A stretch of 64,000 nt of DNA from an uncultured Spirochaetaceae bacterium (GTDB lineage: Bacteria > Spirochaetota > Spirochaetia > Sphaerochaetales > Sphaerochaetaceae). A model generated the notes under the pieces. That model was not told the origin of the DNA. It made no database searches and saw nothing but the letters and a program-made list of their open reading frames with translations. The position numbers were made by a program, and so were the translations under genes. Where the stretch lies: contig CALXLA010000038.1 of the NCBI GenBank assembly GCA_944389075.1, positions 23,560 through 87,559 of the forward strand. The letters are read 5' to 3'. Shown piece after piece: positions 57,069 through 64,000 of this stretch; position 1 is the first letter of the stretch; each line of letters starts with the position of its first letter.

Positions 57069-57926
57069 TTATCCTTTGACAGCACCTGCTGTAAGTCCTG
57101 AAATGATATATTTATTCGCAAGCAAAAATACGAGTATTACTGGAAGAACTGTAACTGTTGCGCCTGCTGCAAGATCACCCCACTTATTACCCCAGACACC
57201 GATAAGTCTTATCACCTCAACAGTCAGTGTCCGAGCCTTTTGCGTGGAGGTGAAAGTATTTGCATATAGGAAATCATTCCATGCTTGGAGGAATGAATAC
57301 GAAGCAGTCGTCATCATTCCAGGAAGCGTAAGTGGAAGGGCTATCTTGAAAAGCGATTGAAGTGAATTGCATCCGTCGATTTTAGCACTTTCAAACAATT
57401 CCTTAGGCAAGGATGAATAATATGATCCGAGCATAAGAAAGCAGAAAGGCGTTGTAAATGTTGTGTAGCTGATTATGAGAGCAAGATGCGTATTAATCAG
57501 TCCAAGTTTCTGCAGTGTCAAATACAAAGGTATTACCATGAGGATACCAGGAAGCATCTGAAGCGACAGGATAAATCTTGAAATGAATCTTGTACCCTTT
57601 GGCCTGAGTACACCAAGAGCATAAGCAGCTGGAACAATAGCAATCAAGGAACATATGACTGTGGACAATGCCACCTTTGCGGAATTCATGAAAATATGCA
57701 GGAAATTTCCGAATTTGAATACCGTTATAAAATGATCCATCGTGACTTCTGGCGGATACAGATAAAATGTATTGGTGATTATATACTTATCAGGTTTTAT
57801 GCTCGCTGTTATAAGCCAATAGAATGGAAAAAGAACTATACATAGAGCAACAAGATTGAAAAGTATTATGCCTACAAATCTCAGCTTATCGCCACGATGT
57901 TTTATCTTGTTTGATTTACTCTTCAT
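57069..57926 (-). CDS. Carbohydrate ABC transporter permease (MalG-type)
   Basis: 285 aa, 6 TM helices, EAA loop ESAKIDGC...F..I.LP. Confidence 0.9.
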   Translation of the reverse strand: MKSKSNKIKHRGDKLRFVGIILFNLVALCIVLFPFYWLITASIKPDKYIITNTFYLYPPEVTMDHFITVFKFGNFLHIFMNSAKVALSTVICSLIAIVPAAYALGVLRPKGTRFISRFILSLQMLPGILMVIPLYLTLQKLGLINTHLALIISYTTFTTPFCFLMLGSYYSSLPKELFESAKIDGCNSLQSLFKIALPLTLPGMMTTASYSFLQAWNDFLYANTFTSTQKARTLTVEVIRLIGVWGNKWGDLAAGATVTVLPVILVFLLANKYIISGLTAGAVKG

Positions 57927-57927
57927 T

Positions 57928-58806
57928 TCATCGCTCCTTCAGAACAAACTTCGTATATAAAGGTCCAACAGCAATGAACAATACGATGAATAGGAAGAGT
58001 CCTATTGAGCTCGAATATCCCATATTGAAATGCGTAAATGCCTCGCGATACATAAGTGTAGGAAGCACTTCGGACGCATTCAAAGGTCCTCCAGCAGTAA
58101 GAAGATATATAACGTCAAAGTTTGAGAATGTCCAAATTATATGGAATATGACAATAACTGCAGATGATGATGCAATACCAGGCATCGTAACCGCCCTGAA
58201 TTTCTGAAAGAATGAAGCTCCATCAACCTCTGCTGCTTCATACATCTCCTTAGGTATTGCCATAAGCGCAGCCGTAAGTACAATTGTATAAAAAGGAAAA
58301 CTTCTCCATATATTCACGACAATTATAGTTGGCAATACTGTTGACATATCACCAAACCAGTTCTTCGTCAGTGCCCCATTGAATCCGAGAACCTCAAATA
58401 TCTGATTGAGATATCCATAATTCGGTGAAAGCAGGAATTTCCAGATCATAGAATTTATGGCAATAGGAACAGCCCATGGAAGCATAAGAAGGGCCTTATT
58501 CACATTCCGAAGAACGGCAAATCTGCTATTTAAAGCAAGAGCAATTGTCAACCCTACAAGATACTCAAATACAACTGAGAAAGCCGTGAATACCAATCCA
58601 TGCCATATGCATGGCAAAAACAGCGGATCATGGAAAAGGTCGATGAAATTCTGAAAGCCAATAAATCTATGTTGATCTGGCTTTGTAAGATCCCAATCGA
58701 AAAATGACAGCATGATTGAATAACATAATGGATATATGAATATAAACACTATCAGTATGAATACCGGCAAGAAGTACAGATACTGCGTATAATTGTTTTT
58801 CTTCAT
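57928..58806 (-). CDS. Carbohydrate ABC transporter permease (MalF-type)
   Basis: 292 aa, EAA loop EAAEVDGASFFQKFRAVTMP. Confidence 0.9.
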   Translation of the reverse strand: MKKNNYTQYLYFLPVFILIVFIFIYPLCYSIMLSFFDWDLTKPDQHRFIGFQNFIDLFHDPLFLPCIWHGLVFTAFSVVFEYLVGLTIALALNSRFAVLRNVNKALLMLPWAVPIAINSMIWKFLLSPNYGYLNQIFEVLGFNGALTKNWFGDMSTVLPTIIVVNIWRSFPFYTIVLTAALMAIPKEMYEAAEVDGASFFQKFRAVTMPGIASSSAVIVIFHIIWTFSNFDVIYLLTAGGPLNASEVLPTLMYREAFTHFNMGYSSSIGLFLFIVLFIAVGPLYTKFVLKER

Positions 58807-58868
58807 TTTGACCCCTTTTAACTATGCAGGCCAACTTTGCGGTCGACCTGCAGGCCTTAGATTTACAA

Positions 58869-60176
58869 TCAGACGTTTACTTCTGTATCAAGATATTCAA
58901 TTACAGATGCATGGAAACCTTCTGCAGCTTCTCTAGGAGTCATGCGCTGATAGAGGACTTCCTGAAGATATGACATGCAACTCTCGAAAATATCAATCAT
59001 CGGAATAGATGGGATTGTAAAACCATACTTGGCAACACTAATGAACTGATCCTTCCATACAGGATCCGGTCTCCAGAGCGGAGACTCCACGGAATCGCTT
59101 CTGGATGGAAGATTTCCAGCCTGAGAAATGGCAACAATATTATCTCTATTATACAGCCACATAAGGAAATCAAGAGCTTCTTTCTTATGGTCTGAATATG
59201 CTCCAACACCTTCAACCTTAACTTCCATAAATGTTGCAGGTGTATTGTAGTATGGGAAATCAGCCGTTTTCCAAGACTCTGGGTTGACACCAGCACCCAT
59301 CCTCTGCTGAATCCATGAGCCATTCATGCACATAGCGATTGACCCTGATGCAAAATTTGGATCCATTTCATCGTACTCCCATCCAATCGAATATGGAGGA
59401 ACGCACTTGTCTACGAACATAAGGTCATAATAAAGTTGGAATACTTTCTCTGCTTGATCCGGGGTAAATCCAGGAACCCATTTGCCATCTTTCTGAACTA
59501 CAAATTCTGCTTTATCAACAGAATTAAGGAAAACTGCGAATTCCTGAGGCCCTCTAGTTGCTTTAGTTGATGAGCAGAATGCAAAACCGTAAATATCAGG
59601 ATTGCCATCGCCATTTGTATCCTGTGTGAGGGCCTTTGCGACCTCTCTCAGATCATCCCATGTTTTAGGGACTTCAAAGCCAGTAGCATTAAGGAGATCT
59701 TCCCTATAAAGGAGAACACGAGTAGAAGCTGTGGAAGGAATGCCATATATTCTACCATCAACAGTTGCTACATCCCATGTACTTTGGGGGAACTTATCAT
59801 AATCTTCCCAGGCCTTTACCTCGTCTGTAATATCTTCGACAAGCCCCATAGCAACCATATCAGGAATCCATTCGCCAAGCATATTAAAGACATCCGGACC
59901 TTCTTTGGCCTGACCACTGACTACAAGAGTCTGCTTCAGCTGGTCATATGTCATGACATTATGCTCTACATGGATACCTGTGAGATCTTCATATTCAGCA
60001 TATTTTTCTTCATGAGCAACACCATCAGGACCAATTGCAGGATCCCATGGATTCTGATAAACAAGAGAAATCTGATCAGACGAGGACTCTATAGATCCTC
60101 CTGCGAATAAATACCCCCCATAAGTACAGACCATCATTCCAATGATAAAGACTGTCATGATTTTCTTAAGCATAAT
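58869..60176 (-). CDS. Extracellular solute-binding protein (family 1, sugar ABC)
   Basis: Signal sequence MLKKIMTVFIIGMMVCTYGG, W/Y-rich SBP_bac_1-like body. AAGGAG lies 8 nt before the ATG at 60176; the ORF track used a TTG at 60182. Confidence 0.85.
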   Translation of the reverse strand: MMLKKIMTVFIIGMMVCTYGGYLFAGGSIESSSDQISLVYQNPWDPAIGPDGVAHEEKYAEYEDLTGIHVEHNVMTYDQLKQTLVVSGQAKEGPDVFNMLGEWIPDMVAMGLVEDITDEVKAWEDYDKFPQSTWDVATVDGRIYGIPSTASTRVLLYREDLLNATGFEVPKTWDDLREVAKALTQDTNGDGNPDIYGFAFCSSTKATRGPQEFAVFLNSVDKAEFVVQKDGKWVPGFTPDQAEKVFQLYYDLMFVDKCVPPYSIGWEYDEMDPNFASGSIAMCMNGSWIQQRMGAGVNPESWKTADFPYYNTPATFMEVKVEGVGAYSDHKKEALDFLMWLYNRDNIVAISQAGNLPSRSDSVESPLWRPDPVWKDQFISVAKYGFTIPSIPMIDIFESCMSYLQEVLYQRMTPREAAEGFHASVIEYLDTEVNV

Positions 60177-60346
60177 CAACACTCCTTTTTTTGATTCCTA
60201 CCAGAAGGGTTTCCCTCTGACACTCCTTTACCCCAGTAGACCATATTTTTTTCATCTGTCAACAAAATGTTTAAAATTCAGAAAAGAGGGGCAAAACTAA
60301 TACATATTTATAAATTCCGTATGAATTAATGTCCTTGAAAGGCAAT

Positions 60347-60446
60347 TTTGATATATATCAAATTTCCAAAATTATTTTTAAATTATTATTTATGGCATAA
60401 AGATTAAATATACAATAAAAATATACCCACAAAAGAAGTTGTACAA
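60347..60446. promoter_or_regulatory. Palindromic operator candidates in the araR / ABC-operon divergent region
   Basis: 16-bp perfect palindrome TTTGATATATATCAAA (60347-60362) and TTGTACAA (60439-60446), in a 334-nt AT-rich spacer. Confidence 0.3.
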
Positions 60447-60516
60447 TTAATCAGATTGTCTTCATATAAAAATACAAATAAATTGCATTATCGTCGTTAT
60501 ACTGTAAACTATCACC

Positions 60517-61593
60517 ATGGCAGCGAAATACGAGAATCTTGCGGACATCCTGAGGCAGGATGTTGCAAGAATTGCGGCGGAAGGCGGGGATCGCCTGCCG
60601 ACAGAACATGAACTTGCAAGAGAGTACAGTGTAAGCAGGCAGACAGTACGTCATGCACTTCAGCTTCTCGAGGATGAGGAACTTATTGAGCGCAGGCAGG
60701 GAAGCGGTTCCTACATAAGACAGGATCCGAACAGAAACAGCATGAAACAGATTGCTGTCATAACCACATTCATAGATAACTATATATTCCCTACAATCCT
60801 GCATGATGTGCAGAGCGTATTCCATTCAAAAGGATATTCGACTCTCATCTATTCGACCGAGAATGAGGCAAGCGAGGAAAGGGAGATCCTGCTCTCGCTG
60901 CTTAAGAAGGATATAAGCGCAGTCCTGATTGAAGGATCGAAGACTAACTTCCCCACTCCTAATGCAGATCTCTTCGCAGAGTTCAGGGAAAGGAAGATCC
61001 CGCTTCTTTTCATGCATGGTGCATATAACAACATCACTGACTTCCCTTCGATAATCGATGACAACTTCGGTGGCGGCAATCAGCTAGGAAGATATCTTCT
61101 CAAAAGAGGATGCAGGAACATCGGAGGGATATTCAAGTTCGATGATATCCAGGGGCCATCGAGATACCATGGGCTTCTCACCGCGCTTCTTGAGTCAGGA
61201 GCGAAAGCCAGCGACAGATTCTTCTGCTGGTACGGAACAGATGAGAGGAAGTCGATAATGTCAGGAATAAGCAATGACCATCTGGAGAAGTTCCTTGCGA
61301 AAGCCGCATCGGAGAAAACGCTCGATGCGCTGGTCTGCTACAACGATGAAATCGCATCAGTTGCCGTGAAATATCTTCTTGCAAGAGGCTGCAGGATTCC
61401 TGAGGATATAAAGATCGTCAGCTTCGACAACAGCTTCTACAGCCAGATAGGACCTGTCACGATAACATCGCTAGGACACGGCAAGTCACGGATGGGAATA
61501 GAAGCTGCCGCAATGCTCCTTGCGATAATAGACGGGAAAGAGCCCCCATCGGAGAAAATCAGATGGGAGCTCTACCAGAGGGCAAGCAGTTGA
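60517..61593 (+). CDS. araR: AraR-type regulator (GntR HTH plus LacI/PBP-like sugar-binding domain)
   Basis: N-terminal GntR HTH (LPTEHELAREYSVSRQTVRHALQLLEDEELIERRQGSGSYI) joined to a roughly 280-aa periplasmic-binding-like domain. Divergent from the ara/ABC operon. Confidence 0.8.
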   Translation: MAAKYENLADILRQDVARIAAEGGDRLPTEHELAREYSVSRQTVRHALQLLEDEELIERRQGSGSYIRQDPNRNSMKQIAVITTFIDNYIFPTILHDVQSVFHSKGYSTLIYSTENEASEEREILLSLLKKDISAVLIEGSKTNFPTPNADLFAEFRERKIPLLFMHGAYNNITDFPSIIDDNFGGGNQLGRYLLKRGCRNIGGIFKFDDIQGPSRYHGLLTALLESGAKASDRFFCWYGTDERKSIMSGISNDHLEKFLAKAASEKTLDALVCYNDEIASVAVKYLLARGCRIPEDIKIVSFDNSFYSQIGPVTITSLGHGKSRMGIEAAAMLLAIIDGKEPPSEKIRWELYQRASS

Positions 61594-61594
61594 C

Positions 61595-61864
61595 TCAGCT
61601 CATATTGAGCATCTTCTCTATCACATCAATCGCTTCCTCGATCTTCGGGGAAGGATCCTCTGCTTCCAGGGACTCCCTCACGCAACTGCGGATATGAGCC
61701 TCAAGGACTTCCTGTGTCGTCTTCTTCAGAAGCGATGACGATGCCATGAGCTGCATCGCGATATCGACACAGTATCTGTCCTCGTCAATCATCTTCAGGA
61801 TGCCATCAAGCTGTCCCTTGACGATCTTTATCTTCCTTTCGATGCTCTTCTTGTCAGCCTTCAA
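61595..61864 (-). CDS. csoR: CsoR-family metal-sensing repressor
   Basis: IKIVKGQLDGILKMIDEDRYCVDIAMQLMA...HIRSC (the C-H-C signature). TTG start at 61864 preceded by GAGGTGA. Overlaps the copA stop by 11 nt. Confidence 0.8.
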   Translation of the reverse strand: MKADKKSIERKIKIVKGQLDGILKMIDEDRYCVDIAMQLMASSSLLKKTTQEVLEAHIRSCVRESLEAEDPSPKIEEAIDVIEKMLNMS

Positions 61865-64000
61865 TTCCAGTCACCTCATAACCTGCTTCTGTGACGGCGG
61901 CACGGAGAGCATCATCGGAAACAGCCTCAGAACATTCGACTGTCGCGCCCTTTCCTTCAAGGGAGACATCTGCAGAAGCAACACCCTCAACAGCTGAAAG
62001 CGCATCATGTACATGCTTCACGCAGTGCTGGCACATCATTCCCTCAATAGATAATTTCTTTGTCATCTTCTTTTCTCCTTCTCCTTTATCTTCATCGGAA
62101 ATCCTTATGCTTCCGATATCTGCTTCTTTCTCCGCCTTCTGCATGATGCTTTCATCCGCAGAAGTTTTCCTCTTATGGAAGAATCTCAGCCTGAGCGCAT
62201 TCGAAACTACGAATATCGAGCTGAAGGACATGGCTGCCGCACCTATCATAGGGCTGAGTTTTATGCCGAATGCAGGATAAAGCACACCGGCTGCGACAGG
62301 AATGCAGATCGCATTATAGAAAAGCGCCCAGAAGAGATTCTCCTTTATGTTCCTCATCGTCGCCTTACCAAGCTCTATTGCTTCAGGAACATCATCGAGA
62401 TCAGAATGCATCAGCACGATATCCGCGCTGTCTATTGCTATATCGGTACCTGCTGATATCGCCATTCCTATATCAGCACGGGCAAGCGCCGGTGCATCAT
62501 TTATGCCATCTCCGACCATAGCGACTTTCGCACCTTTCTCCTGGAGCTTCCTCACCTCGCCGTCCTTCTCATCCGGCAGGACCTCAGCGATGAAACTGTC
62601 AGTACCTGCCTCTTTCTGGATTGCGGCAGCTGTACGCTTATTATCGCCAGTGAGCATCACAGTACGTATTCCCATCTTCCTGAGCCGTTCAATGGCTTTA
62701 TGAGAGGTAGGCTTGATGGTATCGGCAAGCGCTATCACTCCGATGAAATGGCCATCTTCGGTAAAGAACAGCGGAGTCTTCCCTTCATCTGCAAGCTTCT
62801 CCTCCACAGCCTTCAGCTCATCAGGATATGATGAGAGTATCTTTCTGTTGCCGCCTTCGATCCTTCTGCCACCTATAATACCCGAAACGCCTCTTCCCGC
62901 AGTTGCTGCAAATGCTCCGACATCCGCAAAAGCAACTGAACGCTTCTCCGCTTCCCTGACAATGGCCTCTCCAAGAGGATGCCCGGAAAGCTTCTCAAGC
63001 GATGCGGCTACTGACAGCATCTCTTCAGCATCCATCCCATCCCTGACAATGATGTCAGTGACTGCTGGCTTCCCCTGAGTGATCGTACCTGTCTTATCAA
63101 GGACAACAGTATCTACGGAATGGAGCATCTCAAGCGCTTCTGCGCTCTTTATCAGAATACCGGACGATGCCCCTCTTCCGGTTCCTACCATGATCGCAGT
63201 GGGTGTCGCGAGACCAAGTGCGCATGGGCATGATATCACAAGGACGGAAATAGCAATCGAGAGGGCGAAGCCGAAGCCTTCCCCTGCAATAAGCCAGGCA
63301 ACAGCTGAGATGAGCGCAATCGCAATCACTATAGGCACGAAGACGCCGCTTACCTTATCCGCGAGCTTCGCAATAGGAGCTTTCGAAGATGTGGCTTCGT
63401 CTACAAGCTTGATTATCTTCTGAAGCGCGGTTTCCTCACCTACCTTCTCGACTGTCATCTTCAAGTACCCGGAACTGAGCACTGTGGCGCCTGTAAGCTT
63501 ATCGCCGGGAACCTTATCCACAGGAATCGACTCACCTGTTATTGCTGATTCATCGACAGCACCGCTGCCTTCTGCCACACTGCCGTCAGCAGGGATTGAG
63601 AAGCCTGCCCTGATTACAGCTGTATCGCCTTTCTGCAGCTCAGATGCGGGAATCTCCACTTCCTGCCCATTGCGGATCACAACTGCAGTCTTCGGCGCAA
63701 GATCCATAAGCTTCCTGATCGCATCGGATGTACGTCCCTTGGCCTTTGCCTCAAGCGTCTTTCCAAGCGTTATCAGCGTCAGGATCATCCCTGCGGATTC
63801 GAAATAAAGATCCATCGAAAAGGAATGGGCGGCCGCCATATCGCCATGGCCTAAGGCATAGGCAATGCGATACAAAGCAAACACGCCATATGCAAGAGCG
63901 GCTCCGGAGCCTATCGCAATCAGGGAATCCATATTCGGAGAGAGATGGAAAAGGCTCTTGAACCCTCCTATGAAGAATTTCCTGTTTATGAATGCGACAG
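61854..64000 (-). CDS. copA: Copper-translocating P1B-type ATPase with C-terminal HMA domain (N-terminus beyond the window)
   Basis: SCPCALGLATP (CPC), DKTGTIT, GDGINDAP. The frame stays open to position 64000 (..VAFINRKFFIGGFKSLFHLSPNMDSLIAIG). The C-terminal 70 aa form an HMA fold with GMMCQHC. Confidence 0.9.
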   Translation of the reverse strand, partial: VAFINRKFFIGGFKSLFHLSPNMDSLIAIGSGAALAYGVFALYRIAYALGHGDMAAAHSFSMDLYFESAGMILTLITLGKTLEAKAKGRTSDAIRKLMDLAPKTAVVIRNGQEVEIPASELQKGDTAVIRAGFSIPADGSVAEGSGAVDESAITGESIPVDKVPGDKLTGATVLSSGYLKMTVEKVGEETALQKIIKLVDEATSSKAPIAKLADKVSGVFVPIVIAIALISAVAWLIAGEGFGFALSIAISVLVISCPCALGLATPTAIMVGTGRGASSGILIKSAEALEMLHSVDTVVLDKTGTITQGKPAVTDIIVRDGMDAEEMLSVAASLEKLSGHPLGEAIVREAEKRSVAFADVGAFAATAGRGVSGIIGGRRIEGGNRKILSSYPDELKAVEEKLADEGKTPLFFTEDGHFIGVIALADTIKPTSHKAIERLRKMGIRTVMLTGDNKRTAAAIQKEAGTDSFIAEVLPDEKDGEVRKLQEKGAKVAMVGDGINDAPALARADIGMAISAGTDIAIDSADIVLMHSDLDDVPEAIELGKATMRNIKENLFWALFYNAICIPVAAGVLYPAFGIKLSPMIGAAAMSFSSIFVVSNALRLRFFHKRKTSADESIMQKAEKEADIGSIRISDEDKGEGEKKMTKKLSIEGMMCQHCVKHVHDALSAVEGVASADVSLEGKGATVECSEAVSDDALRAAVTEAGYEVTGIEG

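Noticed and set aside
58842-58855. A 14-nt string identical to part of the pUC polylinker (GCCTGCAGGTCGAC on the reverse strand: SbfI/PstI plus SalI sites), in the SBP-permease spacer.
   Set aside because: The match does not extend into the flanking polylinker (no GCATGC or TCTAGA). It forms part of a small intergenic hairpin (TGCAGG...CCTGCA, 58825-58852). The surrounding genes are intact, so I read this as coincidence rather than vector contamination.
1-64000. Search for CRISPR arrays, IS elements, integrases, prophage or toxin-antitoxin modules, rRNA and long tandem repeats.
   Set aside because: I saw no regularly spaced direct repeats and no transposase, integrase or recombinase-like ORFs. 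The tRNA cluster is not flanked by any integrase or direct repeat. The window looks like core chromosome.

Overview
This 64-kb chromosomal window is densely coding. It holds about 65 protein genes and one cluster of 5 tRNAs. I found no rRNA, CRISPR array, transposase, integrase or phage genes. The gene content suggests an anaerobic spirochaete (Treponema-like): a V-type ATPase ordered E-DUF2764-A-B, desulfoferrodoxin, cystalysin-like C-S lyases, MutS2, an NFACT/RqcH-like protein and many ATGA start/stop overlaps. That taxon call is inference only. All protein calls come from motif recognition in the supplied translations, with no database search. Blocks from left to right: V-ATPase, udp, mutS2-rsgA; a long minus-strand operon (MBL hydrolase, acyl-CoA ligase, DAHP synthase, DJ-1, yggS, rluD); folC-NFACT-Memo-like-membrane protein; miaA and a possible rpoZ downstream of tRNA-His/Arg/Lys/Leu/Gly; an extended feoA-feoA-feoB operon; NYN-LOTUS, guanine deaminase, TetR; sor-lipoprotein-rarA fusion; a DUF3798-type ABC transporter; tig-clpP-clpX-nrnA-pyk; a secreted nuclease; YheO-patB-patB-nhaC; araDBA plus a lower-GC GH4/ABC cassette and araR; csoR and copA (copA runs off the right edge). 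The most noteworthy observations are: (1) two mini-ORFs missing from the ORF track, plus a membrane-tethered Cys-rich/HMA fusion, all translationally chained behind feoB; (2) an ATGA-coupled folC / NFACT / degenerate Memo / pseudokinase-like membrane protein operon; (3) RarA fused to a roughly 290-aa degenerate methyltransferase-like domain; (4) CopA with a C-terminal HMA domain preceded by an in-frame SD+ATG, and csoR overlapping its stop; (5) a compositionally distinct GH4+ABC cassette inside the ara locus; (6) stop-codon overlap at almost every convergent gene junction. I see no clear stand-alone novel defence or mobile system.
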